Assembly (NCBI GenBank): GCA_964390845.1
Contig: CAYMIL010000002.1
Coordinates: 108,593-172,592, forward strand
Direction of reading: 5' to 3'
DNA from: an uncultured Candidatus Saccharibacteria bacterium
GTDB lineage: Bacteria; Patescibacteriota; Minisyncoccia; Phycocordibacterales; CALRHW01
DNA length: 64,000 nucleotides
A program made the position numbers and the translations under genes. The notes beneath the pieces are model-generated. The model saw nothing but the letters and a program-made list of their open reading frames with translations, was not told the DNA's origin and ran no database searches. Shown here in pieces: positions 19,676-29,065 of this stretch (the first letter of the stretch is position 1; the number at the start of each line of letters is the position of its first letter).

Positions 19676-19931
19676 AGAATGACTCTGGTGTATCACCATC
19701 CATATCGTCCTCTTCGTCTTCCTCCTCCTCAATATCTTTTTCTTCTAGATCCTTTCCTTCTTCTCCAGGAAACTCCACTTCATCTTCGTCCTCTTCGTCT
19801 TCAAATACCTCACCATCCGTCATTTCTTCATCGAGAACCTCAAACTCGTTTCTATCCATGTACGTAAAAGTTATTTGTAAGACCGCGCCCCCTAATGGTT
19901 TTTGCGGATACTTATTTTTAACAAATACCAA
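19674..19931 (-). CDS. Hypothetical extremely acidic protein (start possibly internal Met at ~19859)
   Basis: D/E-rich (EDEEDEDEVEFPGEEGKDLEEKDIEEEEDEEDD); shares the terminator with tyrS. Confidence 0.35.
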   Translation of the reverse strand: MVFVKNKYPQKPLGGAVLQITFTYMDRNEFEVLDEEMTDGEVFEDEEDEDEVEFPGEEGKDLEEKDIEEEEDEEDDMDGDTPESF

Positions 19932-19969
19932 AATTTTTGCAATAAAAATGAGCGCCTTATGTGGATAAT

Positions 19970-20521
19970 TTATCGATAGGATACTGGGCGTACACAGGCA
20001 AGATGCGTCAACCCTATTGCGATAGCATCGTACTCGTCATCAAGCGCCCGTTTTTTTGGCATCTGGACGAGTTTTTCTACCATCATAATGACCTGAGATT
20101 TGTCACTACGTCCATATCCAGTTACGGCAACTTTTACCTGAAGTGGGGAATATTCATAGACAGCAAGACCTTGTCGCGCCGCTTCACTTAGTACAACACC
20201 GCGCGCTTCCGCTACTTTTATTGCCGTTGTTCTGTTGTCGTTGAAAAACAATTCTTCAATAGCGAGCGCCTCCGGGGCGTGTGTGGTGATTACAGAGTGG
20301 ATTTCTTCGGCAATGAGGGAGAGGCGACGCGCATGGGGGTCTTTTGTTGACGTACGAAAACATTCTGAAAACACAACACGCTCGCGGGTGGCGCCATCTT
20401 TTTCAAGTATTGCAATACCAACGCGTTCGTAGCCAGGGTCGACCGCAAGTATGCGTGTTGGTTTGTGCGAAGTTTTATTCTGCATTCGTGTACACCCCTT
20501 GGACCTCATCATTTTCCTCAA
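19970..20521 (-). CDS. ruvC: Holliday junction resolvase RuvC
   Basis: ILAVDPGYERVGIAILE catalytic N-terminal motif; likely true start at internal Met (~20485). Confidence 0.85.
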   Translation of the reverse strand: MRKMMRSKGCTRMQNKTSHKPTRILAVDPGYERVGIAILEKDGATRERVVFSECFRTSTKDPHARRLSLIAEEIHSVITTHAPEALAIEELFFNDNRTTAIKVAEARGVVLSEAARQGLAVYEYSPLQVKVAVTGYGRSDKSQVIMMVEKLVQMPKKRALDDEYDAIAIGLTHLACVRPVSYR

Positions 20522-21002
20522 GCTCGTTTATGATTGTCTCAAGTGTGTTGGCATCTGTGTCTGAAATCGGGACAGTTGTCTTTGGAGTCCACTCGCCATT
20601 TTGTTTTTCAAACGCCCATGTTGCGGCGCCGATACCCGCGAGCTCGAGTCCGTGGTTGGAGAGAATGTGTTTTATCTCTTGAGCAGCTTTATTTCTGTTG
20701 TCGGTGAGAGCGTCGATGACGATAGCGCATCCTCCTGGGCCGTAGCTTTCGTAGGTAATGGATTCAAGGTCGGTTGCTTGGGTTGTTGCCTTTTTGATCG
20801 CTCGCTCAATATTGTCGCTCGGCATGTTGTCTGCTCGAGCACGTTCGATAGCTGCCTTGAGCCCCGGTGATGTTACATTGCCGTTACTCTTTTTTGCTTC
20901 TTGAGTAATGAGCTTAGCGTATTTTGAAAACAGCTTGCTCTTTTGTGCATCAGTTTTACCTTTCTGTCTTTTGATCTGTGACCATTTATTATGTCCTGCC
21001 AT
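20475..21002 (-). CDS. yebC: YebC/PmpR-family protein (short, 175 aa)
   Basis: MAGHNKWSQIKRQKG N-terminus typical of YebC; classic yebC-ruvC linkage. Confidence 0.8.
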   Translation of the reverse strand: MAGHNKWSQIKRQKGKTDAQKSKLFSKYAKLITQEAKKSNGNVTSPGLKAAIERARADNMPSDNIERAIKKATTQATDLESITYESYGPGGCAIVIDALTDNRNKAAQEIKHILSNHGLELAGIGAATWAFEKQNGEWTPKTTVPISDTDANTLETIINELEENDEVQGVYTNAE

Positions 21003-21007
21003 GGTGT

Positions 21008-22024
21008 TTAACGATTATGTGTTTCTATGTGTTTGTATCCTGCGTCTGTCAGTGTTCGTCCGCGCGGTGTTCTCTCGAGGAAACCAACTTGCAGTAGGTA
21101 CGGCTCGTTGAATTCTTCGATGGTTGCTTGTTCTTCAGAGAGGGAGGCGGCGAGTGTGTTGAGGCCAACAGGGCCACCCTTAAACTTCTCTGCAATGGTG
21201 GAGAGAATCGAGCGGTCTGATGGTGAGAGCCCTGCTTCGTCGATGCCGAGGAGATTGAGCGCCTTGTCTACCATGTCTTTTGAAAGAGGTTGTTTGTGTA
21301 CTTGAGCAAAATCTCTACAGCGTTTGAGGAAATAGTTGGCGGTTCGCGGTGTGTACCGACTTCGTTTTGCTATTTCTCGTACCGCGCCGTCGTCTGTCTC
21401 TATGCCAAGAATGTGCGCCGATCGTCTTACGATTTCCTCAATCTCGTCTTGGCTGTAGTACTCTAGTCGGAATATTCCCCCAGAAAAACGTGATCGAAGT
21501 GGAGAAGAGATGAGCGCGATACGAGTGGTCGCGGCGATGAGCGTAAAGAGTGGGAGCTCGAGCTGGATTGTGCGCGCGGAAGGGCCTTTGCCAATGATGA
21601 TGTCGAGTACACCAGACTCCATCGCGGGGTAGAGAACCTCCTCGATTGCTTTGTTGAGACGATGGATTTCGTCGATAAAAAGAATGTCTCCGTGTGATAG
21701 GTTGGTGAGAATTGAAGCGAGGTCGCCAACTTTTTCGATAGCGGGGCCAGATGTTACTTTCATCTGCGCACCCGTTTCTTTTGCAATAAGGTGAGCGAGT
21801 GTTGTCTTTCCAAGACCTGGTGGTCCATAAAAAAGAATGTGCTCTGGTGGGTGGTTGCGTTCGCGCGCCGCGGTAAGCAAAATGTGCAGGTTGTCTTTTA
21901 TATTTTTCTGACCAATATACTCATGCCACTTACCAGGGCGGAGGGTGTGGTCGAGGGAAGAGGTGTCCTTATCTTCAATCCGAGCGTCTGCGTTGTCTGT
22001 TGTGCGTGGGGACTCTTTTTTCAT
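21008..22024 (-). CDS. ruvB: Holliday junction branch-migration ATPase RuvB
   Basis: Walker A GPPGLGKTTLA; Walker B ILFIDEIHRL; AAA+ and winged-helix pattern. Confidence 0.95.
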   Translation of the reverse strand: MKKESPRTTDNADARIEDKDTSSLDHTLRPGKWHEYIGQKNIKDNLHILLTAARERNHPPEHILFYGPPGLGKTTLAHLIAKETGAQMKVTSGPAIEKVGDLASILTNLSHGDILFIDEIHRLNKAIEEVLYPAMESGVLDIIIGKGPSARTIQLELPLFTLIAATTRIALISSPLRSRFSGGIFRLEYYSQDEIEEIVRRSAHILGIETDDGAVREIAKRSRYTPRTANYFLKRCRDFAQVHKQPLSKDMVDKALNLLGIDEAGLSPSDRSILSTIAEKFKGGPVGLNTLAASLSEEQATIEEFNEPYLLQVGFLERTPRGRTLTDAGYKHIETHNR

Positions 22025-22183
22025 GCGCTAAGTATACCAAAATCGTGACCAAGCAGAGCTTCTTGACAGAAAGTTAATAGTGTGCTAGGATATTGGTGTT
22101 GGTGCAGAGAAGGCAAAGCCACTTGCATTTTAAGTAGCTTTCGGTAGTATAGGGAGCCTTCCGCAATTCTTTACATCCAAGAT

Positions 22184-22360
22184 ATAAATCTCTAAGCAAC
22201 GAGGCCTTTTGGCCTTGGTAATATCTCTTTAGAGGACATTCTGGTTACCACTTCGGTGGTTTGCTGGGGTTATCCTTTGGGAAATATTCAACTTTTGGTA
22301 CGAATATTGAAAGTGTTGCTTAGAGATTTATGCCTTGGATGTTTTTCGTAAATCTCTACC
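22184..22360. ncRNA. Candidate structured/regulatory RNA in the ruvB upstream non-coding region
   Basis: 17-nt arms ATAAATCTCTAAGCAAC (22184-22200) and GTTGCTTAGAGATTTAT (22315-22331) enclose hairpins with UUCG/UUUU loops; third copy TAAATCTCT (22349-22357) gives a mutually exclusive local helix. Confidence 0.3.
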
Positions 22361-22419
22361 TCCTTAATTATTCATACACCACAGGTTTGCGCAATATTGT
22401 AAATTCTTAAAACTGTGGT

Positions 22420-24099
22420 TTAGATCGCTTCATCAAGGTCGATCACGCGACGCAACTCATCCAGAGAGGTAATACCCTGTACTGCCTTGAGAATTCCGTC
22501 CTGTTGCATATCAAGCATCTGCTGAGAAGCAGCTGCTTTTTTAATTTCTCGCTCGCTCGGGTTTTGTTGGACAACATCTTCAACGTTCTTGTCTGAACGG
22601 ATAGCTTCGTAGACACCAACGCGTCCTTTGTATCCAGTGAAATTACATTCCGCGCACCCCTTTGCTTCATAAATTGAGTCGGCGTTGACGCCTTCGAGGT
22701 AGGTGTGGTCGGAGATGCTGTGGATGATGCGATCAACAGTTTCTTTTTCTGCGCCCGCAAGCGCCTTTTTTTCTTTACATGCTGGACATAGTTTGCGCAC
22801 AAGACGTTGGGCCATGCACACAGTAACAGCAGAGGTGAGCACTTTTGGGTTAACGCCCAAGTCGATGAGGCGGGGGAAAGCGCCCGCGGCGTTGTTGGTG
22901 TGAAGTGTTGAGAAGACAAGGTGGCCCGTGAGCGCGGCGTTCACGGCGATTTCTGCCGTTTCGCTATCGCGAATTTCTCCAACCATGATGATGTCGGGAT
23001 CTTGTCGAAGCGCAGAACGTAAACCTTCGAGGAACGTGTAACCCTCGTCATTTGTTTGAGTTTGTACAATACCCGGCAAGTGATACTCAATCGGGTTTTC
23101 AATGGTGATGATTTTGATATCCGGGGAGTGGATTTTTTTGAGGAATGCGTAGAGTGTTGTTGTTTTTCCAGAACCGGTTGGGCCAGTGGTGAGAATCATA
23201 CCGTTTGGCTTGCCGAGCTCGTGCTGAAGCATTGCGAGAAGTCGCGGATGGATGCCGAGATCTTCGAGGGGCACAGAAATCGCTTTTGGATTGAGTATTC
23301 GAAGTACGACAGAGTCGCTGTATGCTCCAGGGAGGAGAGATGTTCGGATTTCTATTTCAGCGTCGTTGAGTTTGATACTAAAGCGCCCATCTTGAGCTTT
23401 GTTGTCTATGTTGAGCTTGAGGTTTGAGAGTAGTTTGATACGTGAGAGGAGGAGGTTGTATGTTTCGGTATCAAAACGAAGGATGTCGGTAAGTACACCA
23501 TCAAGACGATATCGTAGGCGCACATAGTTTTCTTCTGGCTCGATGTGCACGTCTGATGCTTTGTTGGCGAGAGCGCCCGCAAGGAGTGTTTCAAGGAAGC
23601 GAGTGATGCGGTAGGTCTTTTTTCCAGACAAACTTTCTTCAAGTAGATGCTTTAGGTCTTCGATGCTCGTCGTCTTTTGAAGCAAGTCTAAAATTTCTTC
23701 GTTTGAAATATCGAGTGCGCCACCCTTTGTTTCTGTCGACATCGAGAGGTCTTTGTAGCGACCCCACACCTTTTTAAGACTCTCTGGCGAAACGAGATAG
23801 GTGAGCGGGATATAGCCACGTTGTTTGAGATCCTCAAGAGTCGCCTGTGTTTCGGCGTGGTTGGGGGAAAGCACGCCGACATGAATTTTTTTGTCGAGAA
23901 TATTAAAAGGAGCTATTTCCGCTTTGAGCGCGTCTTCTTCTTTGATAACGCGGAGTGCGTCTATGTTGATCGGTGTTTCTGAAAGATTGATGTATGACAA
24001 GCCATATTTCGGAGCGAGCATCTCTGTAAGTCTTTCAGCCTCGTGTTTTTTTAGTTCTTCAATGCGGCGATTTTGTTTTTCTTCGTTGAATTCAACCAT
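22420..24099 (-). CDS. pilB: Type IV pilus / type II secretion assembly ATPase PilB/GspE
   Basis: Walker A TTGPTGSGKTTTL; GspE N-domain; C-terminal tetracysteine (CPAC...CAEC). Confidence 0.9.
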   Translation of the reverse strand: MVEFNEEKQNRRIEELKKHEAERLTEMLAPKYGLSYINLSETPINIDALRVIKEEDALKAEIAPFNILDKKIHVGVLSPNHAETQATLEDLKQRGYIPLTYLVSPESLKKVWGRYKDLSMSTETKGGALDISNEEILDLLQKTTSIEDLKHLLEESLSGKKTYRITRFLETLLAGALANKASDVHIEPEENYVRLRYRLDGVLTDILRFDTETYNLLLSRIKLLSNLKLNIDNKAQDGRFSIKLNDAEIEIRTSLLPGAYSDSVVLRILNPKAISVPLEDLGIHPRLLAMLQHELGKPNGMILTTGPTGSGKTTTLYAFLKKIHSPDIKIITIENPIEYHLPGIVQTQTNDEGYTFLEGLRSALRQDPDIIMVGEIRDSETAEIAVNAALTGHLVFSTLHTNNAAGAFPRLIDLGVNPKVLTSAVTVCMAQRLVRKLCPACKEKKALAGAEKETVDRIIHSISDHTYLEGVNADSIYEAKGCAECNFTGYKGRVGVYEAIRSDKNVEDVVQQNPSEREIKKAAASQQMLDMQQDGILKAVQGITSLDELRRVIDLDEAI

Positions 24100-24234
24100 A
24101 TGCACTATATAGTACCACCATACTGTCGGGGGAAACAATCATGCTTGACGCTACCGTATAAAGGTGATATAATTAACAGTAGGAAATATCGAAAGACGCG
24201 CGTCTTTCGTACACGCATCTCTACGGAGAGACAT

Positions 24235-24528
24235 ATGAAGTACCTTGTTGCCTTTGCAGGTGTCGCGCTGGTGGCTGTTGGTGGTTGTTCGTACCACCAC
24301 CAGGGGTCGGTGACGGATACGTTCACCGACCCGGACGGCAAGACTTCCACCCACCACCGTTCGTGGGACATGGAAGGAAACGGCCCCGTGCCTGGCGACA
24401 ATCGCCCGCGCGGGATTCTGGGAGGCGCCACCTCGTGGCTGAGCCCCCAGTACGGTGCCTCCTTCGGTTCGGCCGAGGGGGTGCAGGACTACCTCGCAAA
24501 CGGCCGGTTTGTCCGCGAGTTTCGCTGA
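24235..24528 (+). CDS. Small putative lipoprotein, GC-rich gene
   Basis: MKYLVAFAGVALVAVGGCS signal/lipobox-like; markedly higher GC than flanks. Confidence 0.45.
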   Translation: MKYLVAFAGVALVAVGGCSYHHQGSVTDTFTDPDGKTSTHHRSWDMEGNGPVPGDNRPRGILGGATSWLSPQYGASFGSAEGVQDYLANGRFVREFR

Positions 24529-24590
24529 CATCGGCCACATGAGCCACGCGACCCCGACGGAGTCGCAGACTGAGGGGAGAGACCCTCATG

Positions 24591-24619
24591 CCCCCAGGCG
24601 CTTGCGTCTGGGGGTTTTT
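24591..24619 (+). terminator. Rho-independent terminator
   Basis: CCCCCAGGCGCTTGCGTCTGGGGG hairpin followed by TTTTT. Confidence 0.6.
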
Positions 24620-24646
24620 CCATGTCTTTTTTGTTACAATGACTTC

Positions 24647-25111
24647 ATGGTAGCCCCACACATCCAGACACACACCCCCTCAGACACACAGGCATATGCC
24701 AAAGAATTTGTGATATCTCTGTGTGATTCTCAGAGGGGCGCACCCTCGGCAACTATCGTTGGTTTGTATGGAAATTTAGGTTCGGGGAAGACGACATTTG
24801 TGCAGGGTGTTGCGCGCGCCCTTGGCGTCGAGGGCGCTGTTGCGAGCCCAACATTTGTTTTGCAAAAAATATACAAGCTTGACCAAGCTCTTCAGCAGAC
24901 GTTTCAACACCTCGTTCATATCGATGCGTATCGCATTGAGTCCTTACGTGAGCTTGACCATATTGGTTGGCACGATCTTGTTGCTGATTCGCGTACACTT
25001 GTATGTATAGAATGGCCCGAGCGCGTCGCGGAAGGTATGCCAGCACATATCCGTGTGGCGTGTGAATATATCGATGATACGACGCGGTCGTATACAATTT
25101 CTCATGAGTAA
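24647..25111 (+). CDS. tsaE: tRNA t6A37 biosynthesis ATPase TsaE (YjeE)
   Basis: P-loop GNLGSGKTTF; ~155 aa; HIDAYRIESLRELDHIGW motif. Confidence 0.8.
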   Translation: MVAPHIQTHTPSDTQAYAKEFVISLCDSQRGAPSATIVGLYGNLGSGKTTFVQGVARALGVEGAVASPTFVLQKIYKLDQALQQTFQHLVHIDAYRIESLRELDHIGWHDLVADSRTLVCIEWPERVAEGMPAHIRVACEYIDDTTRSYTISHE

Positions 25112-27494
25112 AACAGAACACTCACAACAACCACAGACACTTGTTCTTCTTGATGTTCACGCGATTATTCATCGTGCATACCACGCCCTTCCAGACTTTG
25201 CGTCTTCTGGCGGTGAGCCAACGGGTGCCTTGTATGGTTTGTGCACGATGCTTCTTAAAATTGTCAGCGAGCTTTCTCCAGAATATATCGTTGCCTGTTA
25301 TGATTTGCCTGAAAAAACACATCGGCACGAAGCGTATAAAGAATACAAGGCAACTCGTAAAAAAATAGATGATGCGCTCATCGTACAACTAGAGCGCTCA
25401 AAGGATATTTTTTCTGCACTAAGTATTCCAATGTACTCGCATGCGGGATTTGAGGCCGACGACATGCTCGGCACGATTGCAGAGCAGGTAAAGCATCGTG
25501 CGGATATTGCCGTAGTGATTGCGTCTGGTGATATGGATACACTCCAACTTGTCGATGGCGAGAAGGTGCGTGTGTACACTTTGCGTAAGGGTATTAAAGA
25601 TACAGTTATTTACGATGAGCGAGCTGTTGTGGAACGTTTTGGTTTTCCGCCAGCACTTCTGCCAGATTTTAAAGGACTGCGCGGAGATCCGTCAGACAAC
25701 ATTATCGGTATCGCGGGTATTGGAGAAAAGACAGCGACAACACTCATCCAGACGTTTGGTTCTCTTGAAGACATGTATCGTGCTCTCGCGCAGTCATCTG
25801 CGGATGAAGCTTTTGTGAAAGCGGGGATTAAGCCGCGCATTATTGAATTGTTGCGAGCGGGACAAGAGGAGGCACTTTTTTCAAAAACATTGGCGACTAT
25901 TCGTCGCGATGCGCCGATACAATTTTCCGTGCCAGATACGATTTGGAAAGAATCGGTGCGCATCGAGACTGTCGAAGAGTTATTTTCCAAACTTGAATTT
26001 AGGTCTTTGGTGCCACGTGTGCGTGAAGCGTTGGGGAAGCCTTCTAGCGAGCACGCATCCGTGTCGACCGTGAGTGGTCCATCGACACTCTCTGCCCGAG
26101 ACGAACGTGCTCTTTCTATCGCGCTCTGGATTATCGACTCAAATATCACTAGTCCGACGCTTGAAGATGTGTTGCGGTTTGCACACACGGATTCTCCGGA
26201 GCGTGCGCGCGAGTTTCTTATGTCCGAGCTTGAGAAGCGAAATCTTATGCGTGTGTTTAAAGAAATAGAGGAACCACTCATGGACGTTGTCGACGCAATG
26301 CAGAAGCGAGGTATTACGGTAGATACTGGATATCTGAAAACACTCGCGCTTCAATATCATAAAGAACTGTCAGCTCTCGAAGAGAAAATCTGGGAAGCAG
26401 CAGATGAGAAGTTTAATATCAATTCTCCAAAGCAAATGGGGGCGATTCTTTTTGACAAGCTTGGTCTTACAGCCAAAGGTCTCAAGAAAACTGCTGGGGG
26501 CGTGAAGTCTACGCGCGAAAGCGAGCTTGAGAAAATGCGCGACCTGCACCCGATTATCGATCATATCTTGCGGTATCGTATGTTGCAGAAACTTCTTTCT
26601 ACATACATAGACAATATCCCAACAATGCTTGGAGAAGATGGGCGCCTGCATGCGACATTTCTTCAGCACGGCACAACCACTGGTCGCATGTCTTCCAACA
26701 ACCCAAACATTCAAAACATCCCTATCAAAACAGACGAAGGGCGTCGTATTCGCAATGCTTTTGTTGCAACAAAAGGTTTTAAACTTGTTGCTTTTGATTA
26801 CTCCCAGATTGAGCTTCGTGTCGCGGCGTTTCTTTCTGGGGATGAAAAGCTCATCGAGATTTTTAGATCAGGTGGAGACATTCACGCGGGTGTTGCATCG
26901 GCGGTGTTTAAGGTGCCGCCAGAAAAGGTGGATCATGAGATGCGTCGTCGGGCGAAGGTTATCAACTTCGGCATTTTGTATGGCATGGGTGTAAATGCCT
27001 TGCGTGGAAACTTGGGAACTTCACGCGATGAGGCCCAACAGTTTCTTGATGAATATTTTTCTACGTTTAGTGGACTTGCTACGTATCTTGAATCAGTAAA
27101 GGCGTCCGCAAAAAAGCTCGGCTACACAGAAACATTGTTTGGACGCCGACGATATTTCCCAAATATTCGCTCGAAGCTCCCATATATCCAAGCACAAAAC
27201 GAACGTATGGCGATGAATGCACCGATGCAGGGAACAGCGGCGGATATTATAAAAATAGCGATGTCACGTATTTGTGCACACATCCATTCGCGCAACCTCA
27301 CTGAAAAAGTGTATCTTTTGATGCAGGTGCATGACGAACTCGTGTTTGAAATTGCTGAAGATGCCGTCGGTGCTGTTGTGCCAGAGCTCAAAAACCTCAT
27401 GGAAGGCGTGCTCACACCAGAGCAGTCTCGAGGCGTGCCGATGCTTGTGAAAGGTAAGATTGGAGATAACTGGGGAGAAACAGAAGAGGTCTAA
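25104..27494 (+). CDS. polA: DNA polymerase I (5'-3' exonuclease + polymerase domains)
   Basis: 5'-nuclease N-terminus (LVLLDVHAIIHRAYHAL); Pol A motifs RRRAKVINFGILYGMG and QVHDELVFE; start overlaps tsaE stop (ATGAGTAA). Confidence 0.95.
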   Translation: MSKTEHSQQPQTLVLLDVHAIIHRAYHALPDFASSGGEPTGALYGLCTMLLKIVSELSPEYIVACYDLPEKTHRHEAYKEYKATRKKIDDALIVQLERSKDIFSALSIPMYSHAGFEADDMLGTIAEQVKHRADIAVVIASGDMDTLQLVDGEKVRVYTLRKGIKDTVIYDERAVVERFGFPPALLPDFKGLRGDPSDNIIGIAGIGEKTATTLIQTFGSLEDMYRALAQSSADEAFVKAGIKPRIIELLRAGQEEALFSKTLATIRRDAPIQFSVPDTIWKESVRIETVEELFSKLEFRSLVPRVREALGKPSSEHASVSTVSGPSTLSARDERALSIALWIIDSNITSPTLEDVLRFAHTDSPERAREFLMSELEKRNLMRVFKEIEEPLMDVVDAMQKRGITVDTGYLKTLALQYHKELSALEEKIWEAADEKFNINSPKQMGAILFDKLGLTAKGLKKTAGGVKSTRESELEKMRDLHPIIDHILRYRMLQKLLSTYIDNIPTMLGEDGRLHATFLQHGTTTGRMSSNNPNIQNIPIKTDEGRRIRNAFVATKGFKLVAFDYSQIELRVAAFLSGDEKLIEIFRSGGDIHAGVASAVFKVPPEKVDHEMRRRAKVINFGILYGMGVNALRGNLGTSRDEAQQFLDEYFSTFSGLATYLESVKASAKKLGYTETLFGRRRYFPNIRSKLPYIQAQNERMAMNAPMQGTAADIIKIAMSRICAHIHSRNLTEKVYLLMQVHDELVFEIAEDAVGAVVPELKNLMEGVLTPEQSRGVPMLVKGKIGDNWGETEEV

Positions 27495-27503
27495 CACCAC
27501 ACA

Positions 27504-28220
27504 ATGTTGTATTTTCTCTACGGCTCGGATACAAAAAAATCACGTGAAAAACTTCACGAACTACTTGACGTGTTACAAAAGAAAAAGCCCGATGCGTCGG
27601 TTTTCAAAATGGATGCCGAAACATGGGACGCGGCTCGCTTTGAGGAATTTATCGGGGGACAAGGGCTTTTTGAGCACAAATATATCGTCGTGCTTGATCA
27701 TGTGTTTGAACAAGTAGATGCGAAAGAGCGTATTGTCGATGGCGCGCGTGAGATTCAAGAATCAGATAATGTGTTTTTGTGTCTTGAGGCAACAGTAGAT
27801 AAGGCGACACTTAAAAAGATAGAGAAGTATGCACAGAAGGTGCAGGAGTTTGAAGAAAAAGAGCGTGTATCAGCAAAACCATTTAATATATTTTCTCTCA
27901 CCGACGCGCTCGGCAAGCGAGATAAAAAACAGTTATGGGTCTTGTACCAGCAGGCGCTTGAAGCGGGAAGTGAGCCAGAAGAAATACACGGTATTTTGCT
28001 GTGGCAGATAAAAAGTATGTTGCTCGCAACACAATCACAGAGTGCAGAGGATGCAGGACTTAAACCATTTGTGTATCAAAAGGCCAGTGGCTTTGCGCGC
28101 AATTTTTCACACGAGGAGCTTCGTACGATGTCCGCGCGGTTTGTTTCTTTCTACCACGACGCACGGCGGGGGGTTGTAGACTTGGGTATCGCACTTGAGA
28201 GGTTTCTTCTTACAATATAA
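27504..28220 (+). CDS. holA: DNA polymerase III delta subunit-like (short)
   Basis: MLYFLYGSD...L N-terminus typical of HolA; directly after polA. Confidence 0.55.
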   Translation: MLYFLYGSDTKKSREKLHELLDVLQKKKPDASVFKMDAETWDAARFEEFIGGQGLFEHKYIVVLDHVFEQVDAKERIVDGAREIQESDNVFLCLEATVDKATLKKIEKYAQKVQEFEEKERVSAKPFNIFSLTDALGKRDKKQLWVLYQQALEAGSEPEEIHGILLWQIKSMLLATQSQSAEDAGLKPFVYQKASGFARNFSHEELRTMSARFVSFYHDARRGVVDLGIALERFLLTI

Positions 28221-28225
28221 AAATA

Positions 28226-28255
28226 AGCGCGCCCCATTTCTGGGGCGCGCTCAGC
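28226..28255. terminator. Bidirectional terminator hairpin
   Basis: AGCGCGCCCCATTTCTGGGGCGCGCT; A/T-rich on the holA side. Confidence 0.5.
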
Positions 28256-28265
28256 GTGAGCGCCA

Positions 28266-28907
28266 CTAATTGGGCGTGATGCGCCTGGTTAGGATGTGGC
28301 GAAGCGTGTTTGCCGCGTTCTCCACCGCCGTGGGAATCTCCACAGGGGCGATGTCTCCCTGACGCGCATACTTGCGCAAGCGCGTCAGCTCACCGACAAG
28401 CTTGTTGAGCATGTCGGGAGACTGGAAGAACTGCGCCGGTAGGTATGCGCCACTGCCGACAGTCTCAACGTCGGGGAACTGCTTCTTGAACGTGGCACGC
28501 ATACGCTTCGTGTGCGGTGCGAGACCACAGAGAATCGCGGAGCGCACGAGTACGCCCGCTTTCTCTGCCGCCTTCATCCCGAAAAGAACATTCTCCAAGG
28601 TGTTCGTCGCTGAACCCTCGATGATGATGACCTCGCGAGGCACCGCTTTCTCTTGCATGATGCTCGAGAAGAAGTTTGCCTCGGTCTCATACCCTCCAGG
28701 GAGAGAGGACTCGCACCCCTTGCCGGAAACGACGATGTGGCGGGCCTTCGCGCGATGCCACACGGAAGCGGCATGTTCTGCCGTCTGTCGCATTGAGCTC
28801 CCGAACACGAAGAGCACATCGACGTTGGGCAGCTTTGCGAGCGGAATGGTCTCTTCGCAGAGGAAATCCAGAATCGTCTGCACGTGCGCCTTGGTTGTCC
28901 CGTCCAT
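28266..28907 (-). CDS. DUF218 (YdcF/ElyC/SanA-like) protein, GC-rich gene
   Basis: LFVFGSS...VVSGKG...IIIEGSATNTLENVLF pattern typical of DUF218; start chosen at MDGTTK to avoid overlap with tRNA-Lys. Confidence 0.65.
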   Translation of the reverse strand: MDGTTKAHVQTILDFLCEETIPLAKLPNVDVLFVFGSSMRQTAEHAASVWHRAKARHIVVSGKGCESSLPGGYETEANFFSSIMQEKAVPREVIIIEGSATNTLENVLFGMKAAEKAGVLVRSAILCGLAPHTKRMRATFKKQFPDVETVGSGAYLPAQFFQSPDMLNKLVGELTRLRKYARQGDIAPVEIPTAVENAANTLRHILTRRITPN

Positions 28908-28952
28908 GGTAACCCTCCTTTTGAAAGGTGTGTTTCGGAGAACTTTTCCGTG

Positions 28953-29025
28953 TCCGCCCACCAGGACTCGAACCTGGGACCAAGTGCTTAAAAGGCACCT
29001 GCTCTACCAACTGAGCTATAGGCGG
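28953..29025 (-). tRNA. tRNA-Lys (anticodon TTT)
   Basis: Cloverleaf folded by hand: acceptor CCGCCTA/TGGGCGG, anticodon loop CTTTTAA, T-loop TTCGAGT; no encoded CCA. Confidence 0.9.
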
Positions 29026-29065
29026 ATATAGTTCGCGTAAGCGAATAACAGAGAATATACCAGAA

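Noticed and set aside
24455-24646. N-terminal extension of the tsaE ORF
   Set aside because: Extension reads through the rho-independent terminator at 24591-24619 and GC-rich 3' UTR of the preceding gene; Met at 24647 gives a normal-length TsaE
28574-29010. Further small ORFs in the GC-rich DUF218 region (28574..28819, 28676..28912, 28687..29010)
   Set aside because: High-GC sequence generates long spurious frames; only the DUF218 frame has a family-typical motif pattern
28372-29031. 219-aa plus-strand ORF
   Set aside because: Antisense to the DUF218 gene and runs across tRNA-Lys; Arg/Ser/Pro-rich GC-frame artefact
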